From a virus (Duplodnaviria; Caudoviricetes): 54,302 bases of DNA. The DNA is taken from IMG/VR virus record IMGVR_UViG_3300044724_008989, positions 1 to 54,302 of that record; one strand, 5' to 3'. Below are positions 36,001-44,189 of the stretch, piece by piece (positions within the stretch are counted from its first letter, which is position 1; each line of letters opens with the position of its first letter). The position numbers and the translations under genes are program-made. Under the pieces are notes generated by a model that saw only the letters and a program-made list of their open reading frames with translations, made no database searches and had not been told where the DNA came from.

Positions 36001-37486
36001 AGCGTATTGGTGTAACAATTTGTACTGGCCACACTGCCAGTGTTACAATGCTTTAACAGCCAATACAAATGATAATTTCCATAACTGTACAGGAGTAAGC
36101 TGCGGTAAGAACTCCAATCCTTTATTAAGTACATTTGATTTTATCTGTATTTGGCAGACATTCAAAGGTAACGACGACCAAGGTAAACCGTGCATAGGAA
36201 TGGCTTCAGCCATGTCCGATGGTTATGCCAATGCTCAAGTTTACCTGCATGCGGATAACCGGGCTTTCTGTAAAGAAATGCTCGGGCCAAATATGATGCC
36301 GTTTTCCCACAGAACTATACCATTTCTAGTTGAAGGTCATTGTGGATGGGATAATACTTGTTACTTGTCTAATACAGGATACTGCGCGTTTAGAACTCCT
36401 GATAAAGTTACTATATGTGATTCGGATTTTTACTATCAATTTATTCATAATGTATGCATAAACACCAGCTGGTGTCAAAAATTATGTCATCAAACATTTT
36501 GCATGTGTTGCGCTTGCTGTAATTTCACAACAACCATGTTCATGCACACTCCGACCTGTTTAACTAGAACACCTACTGGCGGATCTGCAACACATATCGA
36601 AGAGCTCGAGGCTCAAGGTGGTGCTGGTACCGGTACTGCTGGTAATTGGTCAAGTACAACCGGTGGTACTGGCGGTGTAATAACCGATGTTGCTGTTACC
36701 ACTAAAGGTACGGGATATAAATCTACACCGTTTATATGTGTATCAGGTGGTGGTGGCGGTACAGGTGCTGTATTAGAACCTATAATGCATTTAATAGCAA
36801 ACAATACTGTTTGTTGCGCGGGGACGACCGCGATGGCACCTGGAGTTGGTTTTGATACGGGATGTGTAGTTGGAGTAAGGGTGGTTTGTGGAGGCACAGG
36901 TTATACTTGTGCTCCTACCCTTACAGTGTGTGGCGGTGGAACATCTACATCTAATCCTATTACTCAAGCCACATTATCTGCTACTGTATCGTCTTTTGTT
37001 GCGAACAAGAGCTTTGGTTCTGGTGGTGGATCTATTGAAGGTAATAATCCAACTGACGTTAGTGTTACAGATACTACATCATTGGTGTCCGTTGTGCCAG
37101 GTAGAGGTGGTAAAGGTTGTGAGCCACCGAATGTGCCTTATTTTAGTTCGTATCCTGGTATAGAAACAACCGTTACTGATCCACCTGATCCATCTGCGTT
37201 TGTAGGTGATGCTGCTACATCCTGTGATTGGTTTGATACTAAGCAGATTCGCGGTTCTGGCGGTAACGGCTGCTTTACTTCGGGAGCGTTTGGATCTATA
37301 AGCACTAGCAATCCAGGACCTGGTGGTGGTGGTGCGGTAGGCTGTGATTCCATTGGTAATTTGATCGGCTGTGGTGGCGTGCTTGCTGGAGGATCTGGAT
37401 GCGGTGGTACCGGTGGTTATGGTGGTGGAGCCGGGTATGGTGGTACACCAGGAAACGGATTAGTAGTAATTTACTGGAACGCTTGA
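33071..37486 (+). CDS. giant Cys-rich, Gly-rich fibre-like protein (1471 aa)
   Basis: N-terminal STPG..TFTVP.GV...AVG.G...GGGYSEK.I.VTP; C-terminal GGGAG.GG..GNGLVVIYW; many CC/CxC/CxxC clusters. Confidence 0.85.
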   Translation: MARYTGKPGSASVAIQEIASIDSRYTNRCLYSTPGCSTFTVPGGVNSVLAVAVGPGSKACEGLKCARLLSCANIAATLETQFRTCCCVVKTGNCCYPDCCGQSNTVNFSCGSWIPVNVQRRMCYTLSLCPFQTFSCNCWGSGNLCCSQVCFYHMAWGDYVYQKVPGGMGGGYSEKVISVTPSQSLDVVVGCWNCIDSFSSVTANSSVSICATGPKVCRSSTPVVNGPYKEGNVLNHSCHWESLLNAATLGSSGLCGLTCKCCGTRSRSYNCTYTWGWLNDFQNCFVPGCGYGGDINRKGGGTVFNICKTVTQHGQDHPDGFGYCGAQTPCIAHCFHGPSRISCGGVCCGPIPDPCNLQYEAIMCTHAQGCYSKPCCLAVTSDNSAVGGRCGFAGTCKANFYCASPVALATCHHQFISVHPLLGSECVCWQAQKSAIHFFGGGCNCLSQTCTGAKATYSFDMCLSTTQKILGSGGGITYFNCAPCVENQANTPGYLNIFSLCNCQACPGCFGFGDHNFSGLMIKIEQISHAQSCSYTDCTCAGTMYPASNYIPNSRMILSNSLATADERTYRFGGSSAGNYYSNGVNSTSDATYGQAATVDYNHSLDFQNLNDNSAAFQCFDHVTYCNAECGGSSAWYCKRANGCSARGGYAANNFTVANGEELYDNEFFGKFYCNCCKCGGCTSEVPYLPHFPGPCADTGGLAQACGCFCFTGCHYGLGRCASTTSFPGHIYAPHLNPQTVRGFESTAAVCCYDRFSCHHAGDEIMCGYEFFLDCYCCDNFAVKQNLYFPFPIAGGSGYGHPFENPLNNLKGDHNVVFSAHKLYPSTAGQVYGYFNCGLKTASGSTPPTMTCSPYLWCQVGIGCTCIGHPDSGRFVPPQSTFKYYANTIYAGHPVRCTVDGCAVRPCVLSRHDLSSVVLTMKNGCLCGAGCTCCDGIYCTWTAPSVTQYALTGCSHNCDQSFCISETHRIRAGVDDKAYWCNNLYWPHCQCYNALTANTNDNFHNCTGVSCGKNSNPLLSTFDFICIWQTFKGNDDQGKPCIGMASAMSDGYANAQVYLHADNRAFCKEMLGPNMMPFSHRTIPFLVEGHCGWDNTCYLSNTGYCAFRTPDKVTICDSDFYYQFIHNVCINTSWCQKLCHQTFCMCCACCNFTTTMFMHTPTCLTRTPTGGSATHIEELEAQGGAGTGTAGNWSSTTGGTGGVITDVAVTTKGTGYKSTPFICVSGGGGGTGAVLEPIMHLIANNTVCCAGTTAMAPGVGFDTGCVVGVRVVCGGTGYTCAPTLTVCGGGTSTSNPITQATLSATVSSFVANKSFGSGGGSIEGNNPTDVSVTDTTSLVSVVPGRGGKGCEPPNVPYFSSYPGIETTVTDPPDPSAFVGDAATSCDWFDTKQIRGSGGNGCFTSGAFGSISTSNPGPGGGGAVGCDSIGNLIGCGGVLAGGSGCGGTGGYGGGAGYGGTPGNGLVVIYWNA

Positions 37487-37511
37487 TCTTTACAGATCTT
37501 TAGTGTAATAT
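37483..37511 (+). promoter_or_regulatory. sigma70-type promoter candidate
   Basis: TTGATC-17 nt-TAATAT, ending at the start of the repeat leader. Confidence 0.4.
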
Positions 37512-37603
37512 GTCTGTTCAAATAGCCGGAGGTTTACTCCGGCTATATATTATACTGGTCTGTTCAAATAGCCGGAGGTTTACTCCGGCTACATATTATA
37601 CTG
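37512..37603. repeat. tandem 46-bp repeat x2, each with a 9-bp inverted repeat
   Basis: gtctgttcaaaTAGCCGGAGgtttaCTCCGGCTA(t/c)atattatactg; the copies differ at one base. Confidence 0.95.
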
Positions 37604-37646
37604 TTGAATTGTTGACTTTTTTGTACTGTTACATATTGGAGTTTCC

Positions 37647-38588
37647 ATGCGAAGAAAGATTTTTTATATTGATGGTGGTGCCGGCCGTGTTATTGCATCC
37701 ATCCCTGCCTTAGAAAAATACCACAGACTTAATCCCAACACCGACTGGGGTGTGATGATTGGTGGATGGGACTCGCTTGTATGGGGCAATGATCTACTTC
37801 AAGACATTACCTTTAATCCGGATACTAAAGGTATCTTTGATCTGTGGGTTAAAGATTCTGATATTGTTACTCCTGAGCCTTATCGTGTAAATGGTTACTT
37901 TAACCAGGAGTTGTCATTAGCAGAAGCATTCGATGAGCTTATTAATGAAACTAGTGATCATTCGGATTTAGAACCTCCTAAACTTTATCTTAATAAGAAT
38001 GAAGAAAAGACTGCTGCAAATGTAGTAGCAGACATGAAGCAACAACAAGGTGACAAAAAATACACCGTAGTAATTCAGCCATTTGGTAGAAGTGCTAGAG
38101 TAGATCGAGAAACTATTATTGATGATAGTTCGAGATCTTTAGATCCCGATTCTTATTTAAGATTAGTTAAAAACCTTTCTCAGAAATGCAACATATTACT
38201 TTTTGCTGAGCAGGACTATTTCTTACAGCAAGACACCTATACTTTTAAAGTAACTATGGATTTACGTGGTTATATGGCATTGATTGAAAGCAGTGACTAT
38301 TTTATTGGGTGTGATTCTGTCGGTCAACACATGGCGCGAGGATTTAACAAGCCTGGAAGTGTGTTTGTTGGATCTACGTTTGCTATCAATACTTCGTATC
38401 CCGATTATTTCAATATTATTGAAAGAAATGAAGGTAAGAACAAAAAGTATTCGCCTATTCGAATAGCTGGACTTGATAGTCATCTTGCTGACAGAATTAA
38501 TGATACTTGTATGGATTTTACTGAAGATGAAATTGATACTATCAGTAAAGACATTTTGAATGACATTGAACTTAAGGTAGGTAAGTAA
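37647..38588 (+). CDS. glycosyltransferase (GT-B, GT9/heptosyltransferase-like)
   Basis: IDGGAGRVIASIPAL, PEPY, VIQPFG, FIGCDSVGQHMA...P..V..GST. Confidence 0.8.
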   Translation: MRRKIFYIDGGAGRVIASIPALEKYHRLNPNTDWGVMIGGWDSLVWGNDLLQDITFNPDTKGIFDLWVKDSDIVTPEPYRVNGYFNQELSLAEAFDELINETSDHSDLEPPKLYLNKNEEKTAANVVADMKQQQGDKKYTVVIQPFGRSARVDRETIIDDSSRSLDPDSYLRLVKNLSQKCNILLFAEQDYFLQQDTYTFKVTMDLRGYMALIESSDYFIGCDSVGQHMARGFNKPGSVFVGSTFAINTSYPDYFNIIERNEGKNKKYSPIRIAGLDSHLADRINDTCMDFTEDEIDTISKDILNDIELKVGK

Positions 38589-40393
38589 TGAGTTATAATA
38601 TTCTTGCAATTAATCCAGGTCATAACGGATCAGCAGCTTTAGTGTGCGATGGTGTGTTGCAATTTTATATCGAAGAAGAGCGTTTATCGAGAAGTAAGTA
38701 CGATGGTAACCCGTTTCGGGGAATGTTAGAAGCTATCGTTAACATGCCGATACACGAGCTAGTTATTGCTGGTACTGGTCAGGAAGATCACAAATTACCT
38801 TGGACAGGTGAAGATTCCTATACGGCTCTTGTTCGTAAATTTAATCCAGAAGTTAAGGTTACAAAAATTGGTAACGAACATCATCTGGGGCATGCAGCTG
38901 CAGCTTTTTACAACTCTGGGTTTGAAGAAGCTATTGCTATTGTTGTTGATGGAGCAGGGTCTTTGCATAAAAGAAAACCTGACCCTAAAAATAGTCCAGA
39001 ATGGGAAGTAGAAGGATATGAGGCAGAATCAATACTTGTGTGTAAATATCCAGCAGATTTTGTAACTGTATACAAAAATTACGGTCACAATGAACAACAT
39101 AGGTTTAACATGAATGGTATGGTGTTCGACAACGCCGTAACGATCACCAAGGCATATGAGGCTGTGTCACAATATCTTGGCTTTGGATTTATTGAAGCTG
39201 GTAAAACAATGGGACTCGCTCCATACGGTAAAGAAGACAAAAACATTCCTTCCTTATTTTTTGGTGGCAGAGGATCTAAGGATGTGTTTATACCACAATA
39301 TCCAGCTGGAGCCTTTATTGACGAGGCTAGAATTCCATCATTGCAGCGAACAGAGGATCCATCTGTCTGGCACAAAGATCCGAGCAAGCTACCAGAAATA
39401 GCAAAGAACCTTGCATTTGCTATCCAACGAGATACCCAGGAGCAAATTCTTCATTTAATTAAACAAGCTACTGAGGTAACAGGAATTAAGAACGTGGTCC
39501 TTGCAGGAGGATACGGATTAAACTGTGTAGCAAATTACTATTACCAGAGACAGCTACAAAAATCCGACATTAACCTGTACGTGGATCCAGTAGCTCACGA
39601 TGGTGGCACTGCAATTGGTGTAGCTAAAATGTCTCATTATATAAACAGCTCGTCAAAAGATATTATGCCTCAGGATACATTGTATCACGGAATTCCGTAT
39701 GATACTAAAATAATCGAGCAGGGTTTAGAAGGTCATGATGATCTTGAAATTACTAAAGTTAAGCCTAGTGATGTAGCAAAATTAATTGCTGAACGCAACA
39801 TCGTGTCTATCTTTCAGGGCAGATCTGAAGCAGGACCTAGAGCTTTAGGAAATCGATCAATCCTGTACGATCCAACCGACCCAGAAGGTAAGGATTTTGT
39901 AAACGTAGTTAAGGGCCGAGAGTGGTTTCGGCCGTTTGCAGGAACGGTACTACTTGAAAATGCCAACGACTGGTTTGATATGGCAGGACTTGAAGAGTCG
40001 CCTTTCATGATGTATGCAGTTGATGTGTTGTTTGATAAGAAAGATAGCATCCCAGCTATCACTCATGTAGACGGTACATGTCGCATTCAAACAGTTACCA
40101 AAGAACAAAACAAGCATTACTACCAATTAATCGAAGAGTTTAACAAAATTAAAGAAGTGCCTATTTTGTTTAATACCAGTTTTAATCTTGCTGGTGAGCC
40201 GTTGGTAGAGACCATTGAAGATGCTTTGAATACACTCAGGAAGTCAAAACTGCAATATCTTTATCTGCCAGAATTAGGCAAACTTGTAAAGTGCGAGACC
40301 TACATAGAACCCGAGGAGCCTAAAGAGGTAGAGGTACCTGAAGATGCAGATGAAGTAGATGACAATAATCAGGAGCAAGAGGCAGAAGATTAA
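38588..40393 (+). CDS. carbamoyltransferase (NodU/CmcH family)
   Basis: HNGSAAL..EEERLSR.K, HHLGHAA.AFY.SGF, GKTMGLAPYG, GPRALGNRS, RE.FRPFA, HVDGTCR.QTV, NTSFN..GEP.VE. Confidence 0.97.
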   Translation: MSYNILAINPGHNGSAALVCDGVLQFYIEEERLSRSKYDGNPFRGMLEAIVNMPIHELVIAGTGQEDHKLPWTGEDSYTALVRKFNPEVKVTKIGNEHHLGHAAAAFYNSGFEEAIAIVVDGAGSLHKRKPDPKNSPEWEVEGYEAESILVCKYPADFVTVYKNYGHNEQHRFNMNGMVFDNAVTITKAYEAVSQYLGFGFIEAGKTMGLAPYGKEDKNIPSLFFGGRGSKDVFIPQYPAGAFIDEARIPSLQRTEDPSVWHKDPSKLPEIAKNLAFAIQRDTQEQILHLIKQATEVTGIKNVVLAGGYGLNCVANYYYQRQLQKSDINLYVDPVAHDGGTAIGVAKMSHYINSSSKDIMPQDTLYHGIPYDTKIIEQGLEGHDDLEITKVKPSDVAKLIAERNIVSIFQGRSEAGPRALGNRSILYDPTDPEGKDFVNVVKGREWFRPFAGTVLLENANDWFDMAGLEESPFMMYAVDVLFDKKDSIPAITHVDGTCRIQTVTKEQNKHYYQLIEEFNKIKEVPILFNTSFNLAGEPLVETIEDALNTLRKSKLQYLYLPELGKLVKCETYIEPEEPKEVEVPEDADEVDDNNQEQEAED

Positions 40394-40399
40394 CAGGAT

Positions 40400-40417
40400 A
40401 GCCCCTTTAAAGGGGCT
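40400..40417. terminator. perfect 18-bp palindrome between convergent genes (probable shared terminator)
   Basis: AGCCCCTTTAAAGGGGCT. Confidence 0.65.
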
Positions 40418-41169
40418 TATTTCAACTGCTTAGCAAAGTCTAATAAGTTCTCGTACACCTTAGTTTTCTTTTTTATTTTCTCAGCTGAAAACTTGTTTAG
40501 TTGTTCAACAGTATCGGTGCCATATCCAGTTTTTACTAATATTGGTTTGGCACCTATCTTCATCGCTGCTTTAAGATCCGACATCTTATCACCAACATAA
40601 AAGCCGCCCTGCTTGAATTTAGTTTTATTCAAATAAAACTCTTCTTCTGCTCTATGAAACATTCCAACGTTAGGCTTTGCATAGTAATCTTCTTTCAGTG
40701 ATGTCTCAGAGTACAAAAGACCATCTATACTAAAAATACCTGCCTCTCCAAATTGCTTAAGCATAAAATCATGAATAGCATCTACTTGAGCTTGCGTCTG
40801 TAGTCCTTTAGCTATTCCGCCTTGATTGCTTAGTATGACCACTTTATAGCCTTTCAATCGAATTGTACGAATAGCTTCATAAGCACCTGGTATTGGCTCC
40901 CATTCACTGATATCAGTTAAACCATACCCTTTATCCACGTTTATAACACCATCTCTATCTAAACCCACTATAGGTTTAGGAAACACTTTAGGCCAAGACA
41001 ACTGAGCTTGATACATAGCTTGTTGCTGTGCATTCATTGGCTGGTTAAATTGAGGTTGGTTAAGATTTGATCCAGACGAATAAGGACCTAGAAAGTAATC
41101 ATTGGTTTCGGTGGGGCCCTGAGTTGTGGTTCCTTGCTGGTTTTCTCGAGTACTCGAATACCTACCCAT
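40417..41169 (-). CDS. HAD phosphatase, GmhB/HisB-N-like (heptose bisphosphate phosphatase-like)
   Basis: LDRDGVIN, SNQGGIAKG, KPNVGM, VGDKMSDLKAA...LVKTGYG; about 60-aa Q/N-rich N-terminal extension. Confidence 0.9.
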   Translation of the reverse strand: MGRYSSTRENQQGTTTQGPTETNDYFLGPYSSGSNLNQPQFNQPMNAQQQAMYQAQLSWPKVFPKPIVGLDRDGVINVDKGYGLTDISEWEPIPGAYEAIRTIRLKGYKVVILSNQGGIAKGLQTQAQVDAIHDFMLKQFGEAGIFSIDGLLYSETSLKEDYYAKPNVGMFHRAEEEFYLNKTKFKQGGFYVGDKMSDLKAAMKIGAKPILVKTGYGTDTVEQLNKFSAEKIKKKTKVYENLLDFAKQLK

Positions 41170-41195
41170 ATTTTGCTCCTCTCACACTGTAGGTA

Positions 41196-41224
41196 ATTAT
41201 CTCATAAGTTTTAGTATATATCAA
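41196..41224 (-). promoter_or_regulatory. sigma70-type promoter for the HAD gene
   Basis: TTGATA-17 nt-GATAAT on the minus strand. Confidence 0.6.
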
Positions 41225-41227
41225 CCT

Positions 41228-41235
41228 TATAAATA
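41228..41235 (+). promoter_or_regulatory. T4 late promoter
   Basis: TATAAATA before gp13. Confidence 0.85.
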
Positions 41236-41255
41236 GATTAAAACAGAGGTGATCT

Positions 41256-41996
41256 ATGGCCATCCCAACTTCCAGAGACCAGCTTAAAGAACATTGTTTG
41301 CGAAGGTTAGGAAAGCCGGTCGTAGATATTAATGTGGATGACGAGCAGGTAGAAGACCGTATCGATGAGGCTCTTTTGTACTACAGAGACTATCATTTTG
41401 ATGGCTCGGAGCGAGTACTTCTTAAACATCAAATAACAGCAGCCGATAAAACTAATAAGTACATTACTTTAGATGACTCATACATTGGAGTAGTCGGTGT
41501 GTTTGATGTTGGAGACTCTACCCAAACATCCAATCTCTTTAACGTACGATATCAAATTCATTTAAACGATCTATTTGATTTCTCGTCTGCGACCTACGTG
41601 CCCTACGTTACGGCAATGAGACACGTCGCTCAGTTAGAAGAAATCTTTGTTGGAAAGCAGCCTATCAGATTTAATCGTCATACAAACAAAGTACATATCG
41701 ATATGTCCTGGAACGACGTCACCGTTGGCAACTATCTCATAGTAGATAGCTACAAAGTGACAGATCCTAGCACATATACAGACGTGTGGTCTGACAGATG
41801 GTTAATGCAATACACTACTTCTCTAATAAAAAGGCAGTGGGGAGAGAACTTAAAGAAGTTTGAGGGTCTCCAAATGCCTGGTGGGCTCACGTTTAACGGT
41901 CAAAAGATATGGGAAGAGGCTACCGAGGAGATTAGGCGACTAGAAGACGAAATGATATCAAGTTACTCACTTCCAGTTAGCGATATGACCGGTTGA
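41256..41996 (+). CDS. gp13: neck protein
   Basis: LKEHCLRRLGKPVVDINVDD.QVEDRIDEAL, KRQWGENL.KF..LPGG-like motif. Confidence 0.95.
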   Translation: MAIPTSRDQLKEHCLRRLGKPVVDINVDDEQVEDRIDEALLYYRDYHFDGSERVLLKHQITAADKTNKYITLDDSYIGVVGVFDVGDSTQTSNLFNVRYQIHLNDLFDFSSATYVPYVTAMRHVAQLEEIFVGKQPIRFNRHTNKVHIDMSWNDVTVGNYLIVDSYKVTDPSTYTDVWSDRWLMQYTTSLIKRQWGENLKKFEGLQMPGGLTFNGQKIWEEATEEIRRLEDEMISSYSLPVSDMTG

Positions 41997-41997
41997 T

Positions 41998-42858
41998 ATG
42001 TTAAATAAGTATTTTAACAATTATGGATTTGCACGCGAGCAAGATGTCGTTGAAGACCTTATACTTGAGTCGATCAAGATATATGGGCACGATGTAAAAT
42101 ACCTTCCAAGATCAGCAGTCAAACAAGACAATTTGTTTGGCGAAGATATTCTTTCTAAGTTTGAAGAAGCTATAGATATAGAGATGTACTTGAAGTCTAT
42201 GGAAGGCTTTGAGGGTGATGGACAGTTTCTTAGTAAGTTTGGTTTAGAGATACGAGATCAGATAGTGCTGACAGTATCTCGAAAGAGATTTGATCAAGTG
42301 ATTACGTCTCCCAAACTTATGACCGAGGTTGGTTACAATCTTGTATTTGAAGATGGTAACAACAATGAACCAAGTCGACAGTTTCTAACTGGAGATGCGG
42401 CAACTGAAGCATGGGTACAGGAGGGTGATGACTACTTAAACACCCTGAACCGTCCTAGAGAGGGAGATCTGATCTATTTCCCTATGATGGACAAGATATT
42501 CGAAGTAATGTATGTCGATGACCGCCCTGTACATTTTCAGCTTGGTAGAATGCAGTCGTATGATCTCCGTTGCGAGCTTTATGAGTACAGCAGCGAAGAG
42601 ATTAGTACTGGCGATAGCACCATTGATGCAGTAGAGGATAACTTTAGCCTTAACACTCTTATACATCAGTTTACGTTAGAAGACGGTTCTGGTATATTGA
42701 AGAGTGAGGATGGTGATAGTATCCTTCAAGAGTTTACGATACTAAATGAGGCTTCTGAAGGTGCAGCTTCAATAAACAACAACTTCTTCCAATTTGAAGC
42801 AGATTCTGTGCTTGACTTTAGTGAGACCAATCCATTTAGTGAGGTTGATAGGTTCTAA
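41998..42858 (+). CDS. gp14: neck protein
   Basis: EQ...EDL..ESIKIYG, SKFGLEIRD, RPREGDLIYFP, DFSETNPF. Confidence 0.95.
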   Translation: MLNKYFNNYGFAREQDVVEDLILESIKIYGHDVKYLPRSAVKQDNLFGEDILSKFEEAIDIEMYLKSMEGFEGDGQFLSKFGLEIRDQIVLTVSRKRFDQVITSPKLMTEVGYNLVFEDGNNNEPSRQFLTGDAATEAWVQEGDDYLNTLNRPREGDLIYFPMMDKIFEVMYVDDRPVHFQLGRMQSYDLRCELYEYSSEEISTGDSTIDAVEDNFSLNTLIHQFTLEDGSGILKSEDGDSILQEFTILNEASEGAASINNNFFQFEADSVLDFSETNPFSEVDRF

Positions 42859-43685
42859 TGTTTGGACATACTTACTATCACAGTATTGTCAGAAAGTATA
42901 TTATCATGTTTGGTACAATGTTTAACGACATTGATGTACAAAGATTTAATACTGCTGGCGAAAGAATCCAAACATTAAGGGTTCCAATTGCTTATGGACC
43001 AAAAGAAAAGTTTCTGGTAAGACTCGCTCAAGATCCTAACTTCGATCGCGATGTAGCTATATCACTTCCTAGAATGTCTTTTGAAATTACATCGATGAAT
43101 TACAACTCCGCTCGTAAACTGCCTTCAACTATTAAAAATGTGTATACGTATACCGATAAAGATATGATGAAGCTTCAGTACACGCCTGTACCCTTTGATA
43201 TAAACATTGCACTTTCAGTGTTTGTCAAAAATGCAGATGATGGTGTACAGATACTAGAGGGTATACTTCCGTTCTTTACGCCCGAATGGACAAATAGTGT
43301 AAACCTCATACCTGAACTAAAGTTAAAGATGGACGTTCCTGTTGTATTTAACGACATATCAACAGAAGATACGTATGAAGGTGATTTCTCAACTAGAAGA
43401 GCCCTTATTCATACTTTAAACTTTACTGTCAAAGGATATCTGTTTGGTCCAGTCAGAACTCAGGGTATTATCAAAAGGGTTATTGCTACTACTAATATTG
43501 AAGCTAGTTCTGGAAATACAAGTGCCATATCATCAATACTTACTGCCACACCGGGACTTACTGCTAACGGTACTCCAACAACAGACTCCACAATCACATT
43601 ACCACCAGAACAGATAAGTAGTACTGATAACTATGGGTTTATTGAAGATACGCAGTACTTTAGTGGTGGAACAGATAGTGTCTAA
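42858..43685 (+). CDS. gp15: tail sheath stabiliser / tail completion protein
   Basis: FGTMFNDI, VPIAYGPKEKFL, LPRMSFE, ILPFFTP, YEGDF..RR, GYLFGP. Confidence 0.96.
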   Translation: MFGHTYYHSIVRKYIIMFGTMFNDIDVQRFNTAGERIQTLRVPIAYGPKEKFLVRLAQDPNFDRDVAISLPRMSFEITSMNYNSARKLPSTIKNVYTYTDKDMMKLQYTPVPFDINIALSVFVKNADDGVQILEGILPFFTPEWTNSVNLIPELKLKMDVPVVFNDISTEDTYEGDFSTRRALIHTLNFTVKGYLFGPVRTQGIIKRVIATTNIEASSGNTSAISSILTATPGLTANGTPTTDSTITLPPEQISSTDNYGFIEDTQYFSGGTDSV

Positions 43686-44139
43686 GACAAAACTTGAAAG
43701 CAATCTAAACGACTTGTTTGGCATGCCTGAAGATACAGCTAGCATCTCTGAAGCCAAGGGTGAGCTCGCCGCTGTACAACCTAGAAACGAACTAACCAAC
43801 AGAGAAGGTAGAGACTTCTCAGGTGATATAGATACAGATTACAGATATGCTAGAGAGAATCTGTACGAAATTATTGAAAATGGATCACACGCGCTGCATG
43901 AGTTAGTCGAGATTGCTAAATCAAGTGAGCATCCTCGAGCTTTTGAAGTAGTTGCTTCTCTTATGAAGACGCTGACAGATGCAAACAAAGACTTGCTTGA
44001 GGTACAAGCAAAAGTCAAAAAGCTCAAGCAAGAAGATAATATACAGACAGGTCCTAATAATGTAACCAATGCTCTCTTCGTTGGGTCTACGACCGAACTA
44101 CAAAATATGTTAAAGGATAACTTAGAAGATAAGTCTTAA
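43678..44139 (+). CDS. gp16: terminase small subunit
   Basis: DY.YARENL, A..SEHPRAFEV, NALFVGSTTELQ; GTG start inferred. Confidence 0.93.
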   Translation: MSKTKLESNLNDLFGMPEDTASISEAKGELAAVQPRNELTNREGRDFSGDIDTDYRYARENLYEIIENGSHALHELVEIAKSSEHPRAFEVVASLMKTLTDANKDLLEVQAKVKKLKQEDNIQTGPNNVTNALFVGSTTELQNMLKDNLEDKS

Positions 44140-44155
44140 TCCGGCTACACCGGCT

Positions 44156-44183
44156 ATTATCCTCGTGTTCCAAAAAAAGTCAA
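44156..44183 (-). promoter_or_regulatory. antisense sigma70-type promoter candidate between gp16 and gp17
   Basis: TTGACT-16 nt-GATAAT on the minus strand. Confidence 0.5.
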
Positions 44184-44189
44184 CAGCTT

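Noticed and set aside
33071-37486. Selenoprotein, stop-codon recoding or diversity-generating retroelement target
   Set aside because: No in-frame stops; TAA, TAG and TGA all serve as normal stops elsewhere; no reverse transcriptase or TR/VR pair seen.
37512-37603. CRISPR mini-array
   Set aside because: Only two abutting copies with no unique spacer, and no cas genes in the window.
37510-37713. 67-aa ORF across the repeat
   Set aside because: No SD, reads through a palindromic duplication and overlaps the glycosyltransferase gene; probably spurious.
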